DNA of 64,000 nucleotides from Octopus sinensis (GCF_006345805.1 NC_042998.1:141670001-141734000), one strand, 5' to 3'; numbered from the stretch's first letter, positions 11,557-23,164 are shown. Notes: a model not told the origin generated them from the sequence alone. Program-made: numbers and translations.

Positions 11557-11765
11557 TTAACCCATTAGCATTTAAAATATTCAACCTGTTTCATATTCAA
11601 ACTGATCAGATCTGACCTCTCCCACCAATCTTACATTATGATTCTAAAAATCAACAGTTACCTCATCAAAATCTCAAAGTTATGAGAAAATTCATGATTA
11701 ATTCAAAACAATGTAAATTGAGCAGCATTACCTTTTACAGAATAATCTGAATGCAAAAGGGTTAA
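11557..11765. mobile_element. piggyBac-like MITE
   Basis: TTAA|CCCATTAGCATT ... AATGCAAAAGGG|TTAA: TTAA target duplication and CCC/GGG termini. Related copies at 47119-47353, about 18381-18430 and about 58493-58600. Confidence 0.8.
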
Positions 11766-11879
11766 AGAAACTAGTAGTATGTATCCTTTACTTCTCTTAC
11801 TGGGGTCAATCACTGGAGTGTGGGCAAGCTGGTGCACCAACCTCTACTGTATAGTTGCAAACATTGATCCCAGTATTTA

Positions 11880-12110
11880 TTTTATCAACTGTTGTGGCCA
11901 ATGCTGGTGTCATGTAACTGGCACCTGTGCCACTGGAATGTAAAAAGCACCCATTACACTTTCAGAGTGGTTGGCATTAGGAAAGGCATCCAGCTGTAGA
12001 AACCATGATCGGCACCTGGTGCAGCTCTCCAGCTTACCAGTTTCAGTCAAAGCATCTAACATATGCCAGCATGGAAAGCAGACACATGATGATGATGATG
12101 ATGATGATGC
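11880..12110 (+). mobile_element. RTE-tail repeat family C
   Basis: taaaaagcacccattacactttcagagtggttggcattaggaaaggcatccagctgtagaaacc...(GAT)n. Another good copy at 30196-30425. Confidence 0.8.
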
Positions 12111-12422
12111 AGGAGGGTTAAATCAAAATGGGTCTGTGTGGGATCCACACTCAGTACATAAAGATATTGTAAACAACCGCAACTATTTTGTCTGGCTGTC
12201 TACTGTTTCTGCAATCAACTAGCCATTAATCGAATTTCTGAACTTAAAGTGATTACATGAGTAAAGACATGTTGGCATTAAAAAATATTTTCCACTCTAA
12301 GATTTTTTAAAAACAATAATACAGTGTATTGTCTGTAACAGCATTTATGTATATTATGAATAGTCATACAATATGTAAGTATAGGGAGTTGTTTAGAGAG
12401 GTGAATGTAGTTTAGTATCTAA

Positions 12423-12663
12423 GTTCTCAACCATTTTTTGCCTATGGACCCCTTTGATTCCAATTTTACTCTACTGAACTTCCATAGCCATTTGATATTT
12501 TAAAAAATCCTATTATAGTTTCATAATTAAATATTAGGAATTGCTTTAAAAATGAAAATATTTTGTGTATTGTAGAAGTGTAATCGGTTTATTGCACAAA
12601 TTTTAACAACAAAATCTTATATAGACTCCCAAGTGCCAAATGGACCCTGGTTGAGAACCACTG
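12423..12663. mobile_element. hAT-like MITE
   Basis: Right terminus ggttgagaaccactg, left partial gttctcaacc. atctaa is present on both flanks (remnant target duplication). Confidence 0.7.
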
Positions 12664-13142
12664 ATCTAAATACAGTAGTACCTGCTTCATGATTGGATGG
12701 TCAGTGATTAAAGTGGCTCCCCAACTTGGCTTGCCAGGTGAGGAGGATTTTGTGGTCACTCAGCAGGACAAAAAAATAACAGCTGTCAAAAATCCACATG
12801 AGCGGTCATAAAAACATTTAGTACATGAATTGGTAGACCATGCAATGGGTCCAAGACAACAGTCACAAAGACTCCAATGGAAGATATACTGACTAAAATT
12901 TGCTCTCAAGTTGGAGTCGACATCCACAAAAGATCTAAGTACAGCAAAACAAGCTGACAACTTTGATGTATCTAACAATTCAAATAAAATCTATAACTAA
13001 TTAATGAAGGGTTGAGGGGGATACTTAAAAATGCAGCTAATGTATATTTGCAACAGTTAGCAAAGAAATCTGATAATGAAATGTAGAAGCTACTGAGTAA
13101 CTATTTATAATGGCACTGGGGTATTTAATGATGGGAGTAACC

Positions 13143-13187
<45 letters not shown>

Positions 13188-13960
13188 ATATATATAGAAA
13201 GAGAGAGTGGTATGTATATATGGTTGCAGGATGCAACACAATTATCTTCCATACATTATTTTAATTATTGTCTGAATCGAAAGAACCCATTGTTATATCT
13301 TTGCTTGTTTTGGTTTCGTACTTTTTTATTCCTAATTTGTTGGTGTGCACTTATTTTTTCTCATCTTTGACCATTCATTTTTTTACTTCTTTGCACAATT
13401 AATAAGCTGTGGGCACCACTGGAATGAATGATATGGTTTTAAGTACCAAAATTGCTATGATTTCCAATTGCCAGCTGATGATGGGATCAGACTAGTGCAT
13501 GTTAATCTACTGTTTGTTTTGTTTTCCCTGAAACTATGTTCTTCTTTGCCTGTATTACTGTTTGTTGTATACATATATTTATATATATATATAAATTTAT
13601 CTGCCATATTTTAATAATAGTTACATATTTAAGGAAGTGTGCTGTGATTATTGTACACTTATGCACTCAATTGGACCAATATTTTAACTACACACACATA
13701 TGCACATACACACAGAGCAAAGAATGGTAAGGTACACACACACACACAGAGAGTAACATTTTGTTTTTCCCCTGTAATTACCATTTTATACCTAGCACAC
13801 TGTGGCGGTGTGGTATTTCTTGCACTGAGTAACTGTCTGTCTTTTGTGACATTATATGACCATTTAAGAATCAGAAAAACCAAAAGGAAAATACAAACAA
13901 ACAAAAACCAATAGGATACATAAGCACTGTGTCACCACATATAGAATAAATATATGTGTG

Positions 13961-13998
<38 letters not shown>

Positions 13999-14164
13999 TA
14001 GTGGTGGGAGATAGTACAGTGTCAGGGGATGGGAAGGTTCCTCTGCAAGACTAAAAATATAACTCCCACTCCCACACTATGCAGAAAAAACAACAGGAGG
14101 AGGAGGAGGATGATGGATGGGTTTAAAAATACTGAACAATATGATATCATAGCAGCTCAATGAA

Positions 14165-14195
14165 TGAGTCACTCACAGATGACCTTGCATGACCT
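14165..14195. promoter_or_regulatory. Candidate AP-1 site plus perfect DR4 nuclear-receptor element
   Basis: TGAGTCA at 14165-14171 and TGACCT-TGCA-TGACCT at 14180-14195, in non-repetitive sequence. Motif match only. Confidence 0.3.
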
Positions 14196-15154
14196 TCTTT
14201 TAAGTACAAAAGTCTTTAGCTGATAGAAGATAAGTAGCAATTAAATGACAACAGAAATTAAAGCCTTTTGTTGTAGTCTTTAGTTTTAATTCACTTAGTC
14301 TTCAGTCTATGTTGACATTGAAGGGGGTGTGGAGGAGTCTGCAATCACCACCACCACAGTCAACTGAATCTTCCTTATAACTTCACTTCTCTTGGGTTAG
14401 ACCCAGTCATCCAAAGAAACATCAAACCGGTCTGCTGTATCCGTCTGTAAGAGTTCTGTTGGATTTTGTTCTTATGATGAATATGATGATGATTTCCTAC
14501 CCCTTCTCATAACACAGTTGAATAAAACAGCCATCTATGTGCCGTACTCAAAGTATATACAGTATTGACAGGCTAGTTAGTATAACATCTCTTACGGACA
14601 TGCTGTGTTAAAAATCCAATGACTATCAAAGGGAGATGAAAATCCATCCCAGCAGCAGCAGCTAGTGAGAGCACTAGATGCATTTTGGTCTTTTGGGGAC
14701 CTTTTTGAGGCTTTTTCACTGGTACATGCTTGCAGCCAGTCACATGCTCAGAAAAGAATTGTCATCTCCAATATAGGAAACAGAGATTAAATCATTCACT
14801 CATACTGTGAATAGTTGTTTCCTTCCCTCACTGTTTTAACTTTTATTTATTATTTTTTTTTACCAAGCTGGCATGAGTTGCATGAAGACTTATTAGAGTA
14901 GTATTTTATGACCAGATGCTCTTCCTGCTGCCAACCCTTACCTGTTTCCAAATAAGAGATTTTTGTATTCCACTGGTCTTTGAAAGGACATATCATTTAT
15001 AATATGTGCTGCATATTACAAGCTACATATCTATAATAATATGTAGCTTATTTATAATAAGGAATGTAAACATGATATCACCAGTGTGCTCAAATGATGG
15101 TATGTGAAGATATAAAATAGAAACATTCACACATACACACAATGTGTGTGCAGA

Positions 15155-15347
15155 CCTGTATTTACTCATGTATAGGTCACACTCAAGTATAAGTTGCACC
15201 CCTAATTCAGCATTAAATCTTGGTACAAAATTTTTTCTCACTTTATGGTTTTAGCTTTACTCCATATATAAGTTGCACTCCAGTTTTTTTTTTTTTAGTT
15301 ACAATCAAATATAAAATAATACAACTTTTACACAGGAATATACAGTA
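15155..15347. mobile_element. pogo/Tigger-like MITE, degraded
   Basis: Left ctgtatttactcatgtatag, right cttttacacaggaatatacag|ta, internal tataagttgcac repeats. Confidence 0.6.
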
Positions 15348-17329
15348 TATATATGTGTGTTGTGTGTGTATGCATTTGTTTGTATGTGTATAGTTAAGAA
15401 GTTTGCCAGTGGTTCTTCCCCATCACACACACACACATACATGAACACATCTTGTACTAAAATGTAAAAAGAGAATTTCCTCATGTAATGACAAACCTAG
15501 CATGAAAAAAAGAAAAACTCCTTCAAAATAAGTTCTTGTGCAAAGTTTCAAAATTTAGAATAGAATTTTGTTATATCATCATAACTAATGTTCCTTTTTT
15601 TTATTTGAAGTCTCAAAAAAAGAAAAAAAGAGTGAAACAAGAGGTTGCTACATAGTCAGCTGTGGGTTGCCTCTTCTACACAACGATACTATCTTGTGGA
15701 TTTCTTTCTGAAAAGTGAGGCCTACAACACTTGTTCAAAGAAAATTAAAATTTCAAGTTCAGAAATCTAAACCAAAATACAAAGAATACAAAAGCCCCCA
15801 GAAATGGTAAGGATTAAAAAAATTTAAAATAATGAAAAAAGAAACAAACAAAATAACCCTCAAAATGTTTTTTTTTTATTTGAAATTGTCAAAAGAAAAG
15901 AAAAAGCAAAAGGAAATGAGAAAATTATAAATTAGAAATGATAATGTGCTCCAACCTGTTTAGTTTAATAAGGATATACATTCCATCCAGTGAGAAGCAG
16001 GATCAATATAGCTGCTATTTATCCTCTCTTTATATATTTCATTATTAAGAGAAAAAAAAAAAATACCTACAAAGAGAAAAAAAAATAATGCAAATTTAGA
16101 CACTCTTATCTTAAAAATCAACAGCAACAACAATAATAATTTATCATATATTGGTTTCATATTTTATCACAAGGCCAGCAATTTCAGGTGAGTGGATTAG
16201 TCGATAATATTGATCCTAAAAGGATGAAAGGCAAAGTTGATCCTGGCAAAATTTGAAGACATGCTAACAATTCTGCCAGCTTGCTGCCTATAATAATTTA
16301 TCATAGTGACAGGAAATATCTAAGGAAAAGTGTATAAACAATAACTCTACCTTGATGCAGGGATGGTCAATAATGTACCACTATTGACCCTGAATGGAAG
16401 AAAGACAAACCCAGTGTTGGTGGAGTTTGAACTAAGAATGACATAACTAATTATAGTTGCCAGGAATTTAGTCCAGTGCCTTTATCATTTCTGCCTCTCA
16501 CACACCATCATCATTATCGAAAGTTTGTTTTCCATGCTGGTATGTGTTAGATGATTTGACAGATGCTAGGGATCCAGGAAACTATACCAAGTTCTAATGT
16601 CTGCTTTAGCACAGCTTCTATGGCTGGATACCCTTTCTTGTACCAACATCTTTACTGGGTGTACAGAGTGCTTTCTAAGTGGCACTAATATTAGTGGAGA
16701 CATCAAATAACTCACAAGACAAGACCTCTCAACTGAGGTGATAGGGGGAATAGTATTGAGGAAGGAGGCTTAATGTCAGGGGATGAGAAGTTAAAGTATG
16801 ATAGAGAGACAGGAACAGGTGTTTGGCTGTAGAGAAGATACTTGGTATCCCTAGTTGGAGAAAAAAGTAGTGGTGAAGATGAGTCAGTGCATACCCTCAA
16901 GTTACAGAAAGGTGAATATAAGAGAAGTGATAAGGGTGGGTAAAATAATCTGAAAATATGGACAATCATGAAACAGGCTATAGTTTTTACAATAAAATAC
17001 TGACAACAATGAAGAGTATGATGTATGTACCTGATAGCAAAAATAAATAGATAAAATTTATTTCTTAAAAAAATAAAAAATAAATTTATTTTCAGAACCA
17101 AAATTTAATAATCAATGCTGCCGGCATAATTATAATGTGTAATAAAATCCCTAATTGTCAGCAAGCTTTTTAGTTTTTTTTTCAAATGTGGCAGGCTCTA
17201 ATTTGTACCATTCTTCATGAGTTGCTGCAAAACAAAGAAATTTTGTGTTTTAAAATTATGACTTAACTCTTTTGATATTAACCTGTATGACATGGTTCCT
17301 GATTTTATAATAGAAATTTCCTGTCATAA

Positions 17330-17590
17330 AATGATCTAAATTAAAAACCTTCCATTAAAATTCCATGTTAGTTTACATGTTCCAAACACCAACTTAATAA
17401 CGATAAAGTTATTTGGGTAAATTCTTTCTTATTTTTAAAAAAATAATTGAAACAAAGGCAGTGTAGTTCAACAGAAATATGGTAACAGAAGGATTGAAGT
17501 GATCTAAAGTAAAGCCTTCTACCAAAATTCCATGTTAATCTATGTTCCAAACACCAACTTAATGGACAGAGTTATTTGATTTAATTTTTT
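17330..17590 (+). repeat. Two copies of an about 95-bp dispersed repeat (third, inverted copy at about 27470-27570)
   Basis: tgatctaaa...aaaattccatgtta...tgttccaaacaccaacttaat...agttattt at about 17332 and about 17500. Confidence 0.75.
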
Positions 17591-18439
17591 CATTATTTTC
17601 CAGATCAAGAGAAACAAAGTATAGTTGAAGAGAAATATGGTAGCTAAAGGTTACCAAAAATTTTCTTTATGACTCAGACATGTAGACTAAGTCAAAATAT
17701 TGTTAATTTCATGATCTTGAAGAAGTACTTGTGCTAATTTGACAGAATGACTAGAAAAACGATCATCTTGATTTGTTATCAATATGGAATAACCAAGCTG
17801 ATGCACAGAGGGAAAATTCTTTTATATACGTCCAACCCATGCTAGCATGGAAAGCAGACATTATGCGATGATGATGATGATATATTATATATCAATATTC
17901 TTTCTTGTAATGTCTATACAGTGACAGGTGTGGGTTTGTGGTTAAGAAGTTTGCTTCCCAACCACACAGTTTTGAGTTCAGTTCCACTTCAGTGGCACTT
18001 TGGACGGGGGAATTGATTTGGTAAATGGAAACTGAAAGAAGCCCATCATGTGTATGTGAGTGTATGCATGTTTGTGTCTTCTTGTCTTGACATTACATCA
18101 TCATTTTTAACATCCACTTTTTTATGCTTATGAGGGATGGATGGATTTTGCTGAGGTAGATTATGGCCAGATGCCCTTCCTGTTGCCAATCCTCACCTGC
18201 TTCCAAGCTAGGTAATATTTTCCCATTGCCAGATATGTTTTCAAGCAGTGTCATTCATTTCCAATATTCTGCAGAAACATGTCTGGTCATGGGAAATATT
18301 ACTTTGCTTGGAAGCAGGTGAGAATTGGCAGCAGGAAAAGGCATCTAACTGTAGAAAATCTGCCTCAATAAAAATCAAAAGATAGAATATTTGGGTTGGA
18401 TATGGCCTGTTTAAATACTAAAAGGTTAAAAGACCAGAT

Positions 18440-18632
18440 GAAAACAAAATGATGGTAGTGAGTTCCAGAGAGGAGCAGTTTGAGAAAAGAAACTATTAGA
18501 ATAAACGGATTTGTGACTCAATAGAGAAATAATGTGCCTGAGAAAAAAAACATATGACAGGTTTAAAGGTCTTATCAGAGAGTACTAGAGCAGAAAGTTC
18601 GTCAGCGCAATGACCATGGAAATACATGTTTT
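18440..18632 (-). mobile_element. CR1/L2-group LINE C-terminal fragment (same family as 3560-3880)
   Basis: Minus strand gives YFHGHCADELSALV...YSNSFFSQTAPLWNSLP. Confidence 0.7.
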
Positions 18633-18839
18633 AAATTAACTATTCTAGAATCTATTTTTTGGCTCTTTTATCTCTCCCAGTCCTCATTTCTTTACAGCAA
18701 TCTGATAATTTTCTATAAATCATGGATCACATTTATGATATTAAAGTCAACAGCCAGAGACATTGTTACCTTAATATTCACAAAAGACAAATATGTAAAC
18801 TTTAAAACTGGAACAATTTCACAAGTCCAGTTAATAATA

Positions 18840-18996
18840 TTGTTTACTTTTCTAATGTAGTAAATTTGAAACAGCTTCCAATCTGGCTTGTCAATTGTCT
18901 CCAGAGAGAGAGTCTTTCATTGCTGCAGGCTTCATTGGTCTGTAAATATTATAAGGAAATTGTCACTTCCACACAGATCACCTTGAGTCTTCCAAA

Positions 18997-19034
<38 letters not shown>

Positions 19035-19470
19035 GAAAGCAAACTGTTAAGTGTGAGGTCAATGGAAGTATACTGTCCATTTCCTGGATGCAAGTATGCT
19101 GGAGAATTATTATTAAATATGCATAAATTGTTATTGAAAATGAAATCTTGCAGCTGTTTGCCTTTACAGTCTGATGAGACACCCCTCAAACTATTGGCCA
19201 CCACCACCACCACCACCACCTCCACTCAACAGCACAAATTGTGATTATTGAAGTCTTTCATAATGGTATGGTTTAAGAAACTGAAACTGAAATAAATAAT
19301 GTAATTGCCAATTTTTTAATACCATTTTTTGAATAGGGATGGTTTCAGTGATTGATTTATAGGATCTGATGTTGAGTGTATTGGTTATTCTGTACTCCAA
19401 TAAATTACCTGTAATTGACACTAATAAGGACTTTGTTGTTAATGAGGATACTGCTGCTGCGCTGCTGCAA
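18840..19470 (-). mobile_element. I-clade-like LINE apurinic endonuclease fragment, degraded
   Basis: Across frames: SILINNKV, IMKDFNNH (GDFNAH motif), KGKQLQDFIFNNNLCIFNNNSPAYLHPGNGQYTSIDLT, WKTQGDLCGSDNFLII, KPDWKLFQ. Confidence 0.8.
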
Positions 19471-19573
19471 TATTAGGCAGATTCACAAACAAGTTATTTA
19501 TTTTAACACCATATATATATATATATATACATAAATAGATATACATATATATACATGCATACATACATACACA

Positions 19574-19735
19574 TGTGGCTATGTGGTAAGAAGCTTGCTT
19601 CCCAACCACATGGTTCCAGGTTCAGTCCCACTGCATGGCACCTTGGGTAAGAGTCTTCTATTATAGTCTCAGGCTGACCAAAGCCTTGTGAGTGGATTTG
19701 GTAGACAGAAACTGAAAAGAAGCCCACTTTGTGTG

Positions 19736-19810
<75 letters not shown>

Positions 19811-20006
19811 TGCATATATTTATATGTGTGTCTTTGTGTCTGTGTTTGTTCCCCCCACAATTGCTTGATAACCAATGTTGGTTATAAACGATAGAATAAA
19901 TACTAGGCTTACAAAGAATAAGTCCTGAGGTTGATTTCTTTGACTAAAAGGCAGTGCTTCAGCATGGCCTCAGTCAAATAACTGAAACGAACAAACAAAA
20001 AAAGAA
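19574..20006 (+). mobile_element. SINE family A (A1 tail)
   Basis: Head, microsatellite and tail, as at 1433. Confidence 0.88.
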
Positions 20007-20137
20007 TATATATATATATATATATATAAAAAAATTCAGGGTGAGTACTTGATAATTGTAAGCACCTGTATATACCGTTTGGTGGTGTAGGTGGTGGAGT
20101 AAATTAATCAAAATAAAAACACGATGCCAAGGATTCA

Positions 20138-20215
20138 GCAGTACATATGTTTCGGGCCTTTATTAGATGGATTTATAACAATGCATAATGTGTGTCTATG
20201 GCCTTCTTCAGCCAC
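20138..20215 (-). ncRNA. Variant minimal type-I hammerhead ribozyme
   Basis: GUGG CUGAAGA A GGCC...GGCC C GAAA C AUAU GUA / CUGC. Palindromic stem III loop and GUA triplet, but an extra A and C at the stem II junction and two GU wobbles in stem I. Confidence 0.6.
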
Positions 20216-22276
20216 GCACAATTACTACTTCAAGGACATGTATTACGTCAAAAATTCTATGTTGGGGATGCAAATCCTCTCAGTCGCATACGACATAATG
20301 CGGTACCAGCACAAAAATGAAGCGTCCATCCCGTCTTTCTCTCAATGTAGAATGAGAAAGTTTGGATGTTGAGGTAATATAGATAAATGAATAAATAAAT
20401 ATATAAATACACATAGCCGTGAAGGAACCTGGTAATAAAAGTTAATAGGGATAAAGATAGAGGGGCGAGAATTAAGGAGAAAAGATAAAAAAATATAAAA
20501 ATATAAAAGATAAAAAAATATAAATATAGAAATATAAAATATAAAAATATAAAGAAATATAAAAAAAAGTATAAATGAATATAAAGATATAAAAAATATA
20601 AAAAAGTATCAAAAATATGAAAATATAAAAGAATATAAGGATAAGGGATATAAAGTGGTTATGAACATGGTGGTCAGGAAGATGACATATTCTGGTTGTA
20701 GAAGCCTAAGCAGTAGGTGTCATAAATCAACTGGGACGGCTGGGGACTCAGTATATTGTAGAGGGTTGTCTGGTTTGTGGTTAAACCGCTTATCTATTTC
20801 CTCGTAAATTGTCTAGTGGTCAACATGTACATACGTACACACGTATGGATACATATACACATATACACGCGTATATATACGCACGCATACACAACCACAC
20901 GCATACAAGCATACATACTCGTGTAAAAATATACAGATACATACGGGGGGGGGAAGGCGCATGTAGTTGGGTACACGAACTGATGTGCATACGTACGTAT
21001 GTACATACACGCACATGCACACATACAGGCACACTCGCACTTACACTCATTCACAAGACGAAGTGAATCTCTATGCATATGGGCAAAAATATGCATACAC
21101 CCAAATTCACGCCCACACCCATACACATGAGGGAGTAAATCCCTATGCATATACACAAAAATATGCATATGCACAGACACAGGTATAACAAGTAGATCCA
21201 TTCTCGCACACAGGCAAGATACGGAATTATAGTGGATACAAAAGGTAGACATGAAAGTAAGAAACCTGAGGGTAAGAAAGTATAACAGAATATATATATA
21301 CACATATATATATACACATACACACACATATATATATATATATACATATATATACATATACACATACACACACACGTATATATATGTGTACATACATACA
21401 CACACACACACATCCACATGCACACACTTATATCTGTGTGTCTATATATATGCGTATACACATACATATACATACACAGACACACACACATATATATAGA
21501 TATATATAAAATATATAAAAAATATAAAAAATATAAAAAAAAAGGCATACACATATAACACACATACATATTCATACACACACACATATATATATACACA
21601 TACACACACATATATATATATATAGGAAAAAAAATATATGGCAGACAAAATATATATATATGGAAAAAAAAAATATATATATAGGAAAAAGATAGATGTA
21701 GGAAAAGAAATATATAGGAAAAAAAATATATGGCAGACAAAATATATATATATATAAAATATATAAAAAATATAAAAAAAAGTATAAATGAATATAAAGA
21801 TATAAAAAATATAAAAGATAAAAAAATATAAAAAAGTATCAAAAATATGAAAATATAAAAGAATATAAGGATAAGGGATATAAAGTGGTTATGAACATGG
21901 TGGTCAGGAAGATGACATATTCTGGTTGTAGAAGCCTAAGCAGTAGGTGTCATAAATCAACTGGGACGGCTGGGGACTCAGTATATTGTAGAGGGTTGTC
22001 TGGTTTGTGGTTAAACCGCTTATCTATTTCCTCGTAAATTGTCTAGTGGTCAACATGTACATACGTACACACGTATGGATACATATACACATATATATAT
22101 ATATAGGAAAAAGATAGATGTAGGAAAAGAAATATATAGGAAAAAAAATATATGGCAGACAAAATATATATATATGGAAAAAAAAAATATATATATAGGA
22201 AAAAAACGGGATGTGCTGGAGCCGACAAGTTGTACTTGGATGGGAGGATATTGTATGGGGGAGTTGGTATAATAGC

Positions 22277-22725
22277 CTAAGCTTTGTAGTATTTAAAAGT
22301 ATTGGTTAGTTTGTGTATACAAGAGAGCTTAAATTCAGATCTTTTATTAATTAGATTGTGTTTCTCCTTGAATTTCAAGATATTCAGGAGTTCCACACAA
22401 CATAGGCTGTTCTATTATTTAAATAAGGTGCAGCTGATCCGATGATGGACCACCTGAGTTTGAAACCTATGCTATTGTCTTTTAATTCCCAAATTTTTTT
22501 AGATAGGGAGGTGCTGCTAGCCTTGTGTCTATGCTTGAATGAGGACCGGTGGTTGTAGTATCTGGATTTCCAGGAGGTCGAGCAACCTATGTAGGTGAGT
22601 GTGTTAAACTGGGTACTCACCTCACATGAATAGATTACGTTTTTAGCCCGACATTCCCCACGTAACGGACATTCGGATGTACTTATGCAGTTGCAGGGCA
22701 CTGCATTTCCCGGTCGTGTGCTATT
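22277..22725 (-). pseudogene. PLE GIY-YIG endonuclease domain with one frameshift
   Basis: CNCISTSECPLRGECRAKNVIYSCEV...TYIGCSTSWKSRYYNHRSSF...LSKKIWELK...WSII. After a frameshift near 22410 it continues SLCCVELLNILKFKEKHNLIKRSEFKLSCIHKLTNTFKYYKA* (stop at 22277-22279). Confidence 0.85.
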
Positions 22726-22750
22726 AGTCACATATGCACACACAGATATA

Positions 22751-23020
22751 TACAAGGTGCATCAGTTTCTTAAAGATACAACTTTCAAGAGCTCTAACTT
22801 TATTCTAACTTATTTTTTTTACCTTGCTTTTCAGATAAATAATGTCAGACATCAGGCTGACTCAGCAAATGAAAAGGCATGCTGTGATTGCTGCTTTAGA
22901 AGTGCATCATAGTGATACAGGGATACCTTGCTTTGTGAAAGTTGTACAACTATTTGTTGTCAAAGTTCAAGAGGTGCTGGAAGCTGTGGATGGGGATCCA
23001 ACATCAGCAGCTAAACCCAT
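22751..23020 (+). mobile_element. Tc1/mariner-family element, 5' end with transposase N-terminal remnant
   Basis: TA|caaggtgcatcag terminus and MSDIRLTQQMKRHAVIAALEVHHSDTGIPCFVKVVQLFVVKV, which resembles a paired-like HTH start. Truncated by SINE sequence. Confidence 0.55.
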
Positions 23021-23164
23021 ACACAAAGCACAAAGTTTTGGTAGGCCTAAAGCTATGGAAAACAGATTCTGAAAGTGGTGCACAATGGGAATGTATCTGG
23101 AACCACATAGTTGCAAAGCAAACTTCTTAACTATACAGCTATGCCCTTGCTGCCTCTCTCTCTC

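Larger units (their letters stand above)
20028..22745 (-). mobile_element. 5'-truncated Penelope-like retroelement with long low-complexity 3' region and internal duplication
   Basis: GIY-YIG ORF at 22277-22725, hammerhead-like motif at 20138-20215 on the same strand, identical direct repeats about 20595-20863 and 21825-22093, CpGs retained relative to the flanks. Confidence 0.75.

Noticed and set aside
12690-12980. Repeat-like segment that might be a LINE UTR or C-terminus
   Set aside because: No diagnostic motif could be read in any frame, so it is left unclassified.
13475-13541. CTGATGA...CCCTGAAACTATGTT hammerhead-like match
   Set aside because: U-U at the base of stem II, non-palindromic 3-nt loop III and only 2 bp of stem I. 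Consistent with chance.
20620-20870. Possible SECIS element in the duplicated PLE segment
   Set aside because: An ATGA is present on the minus strand, but the AA and GA motifs are not at SECIS spacing, and no in-frame TGA occurs at a Cys position in the ORF.
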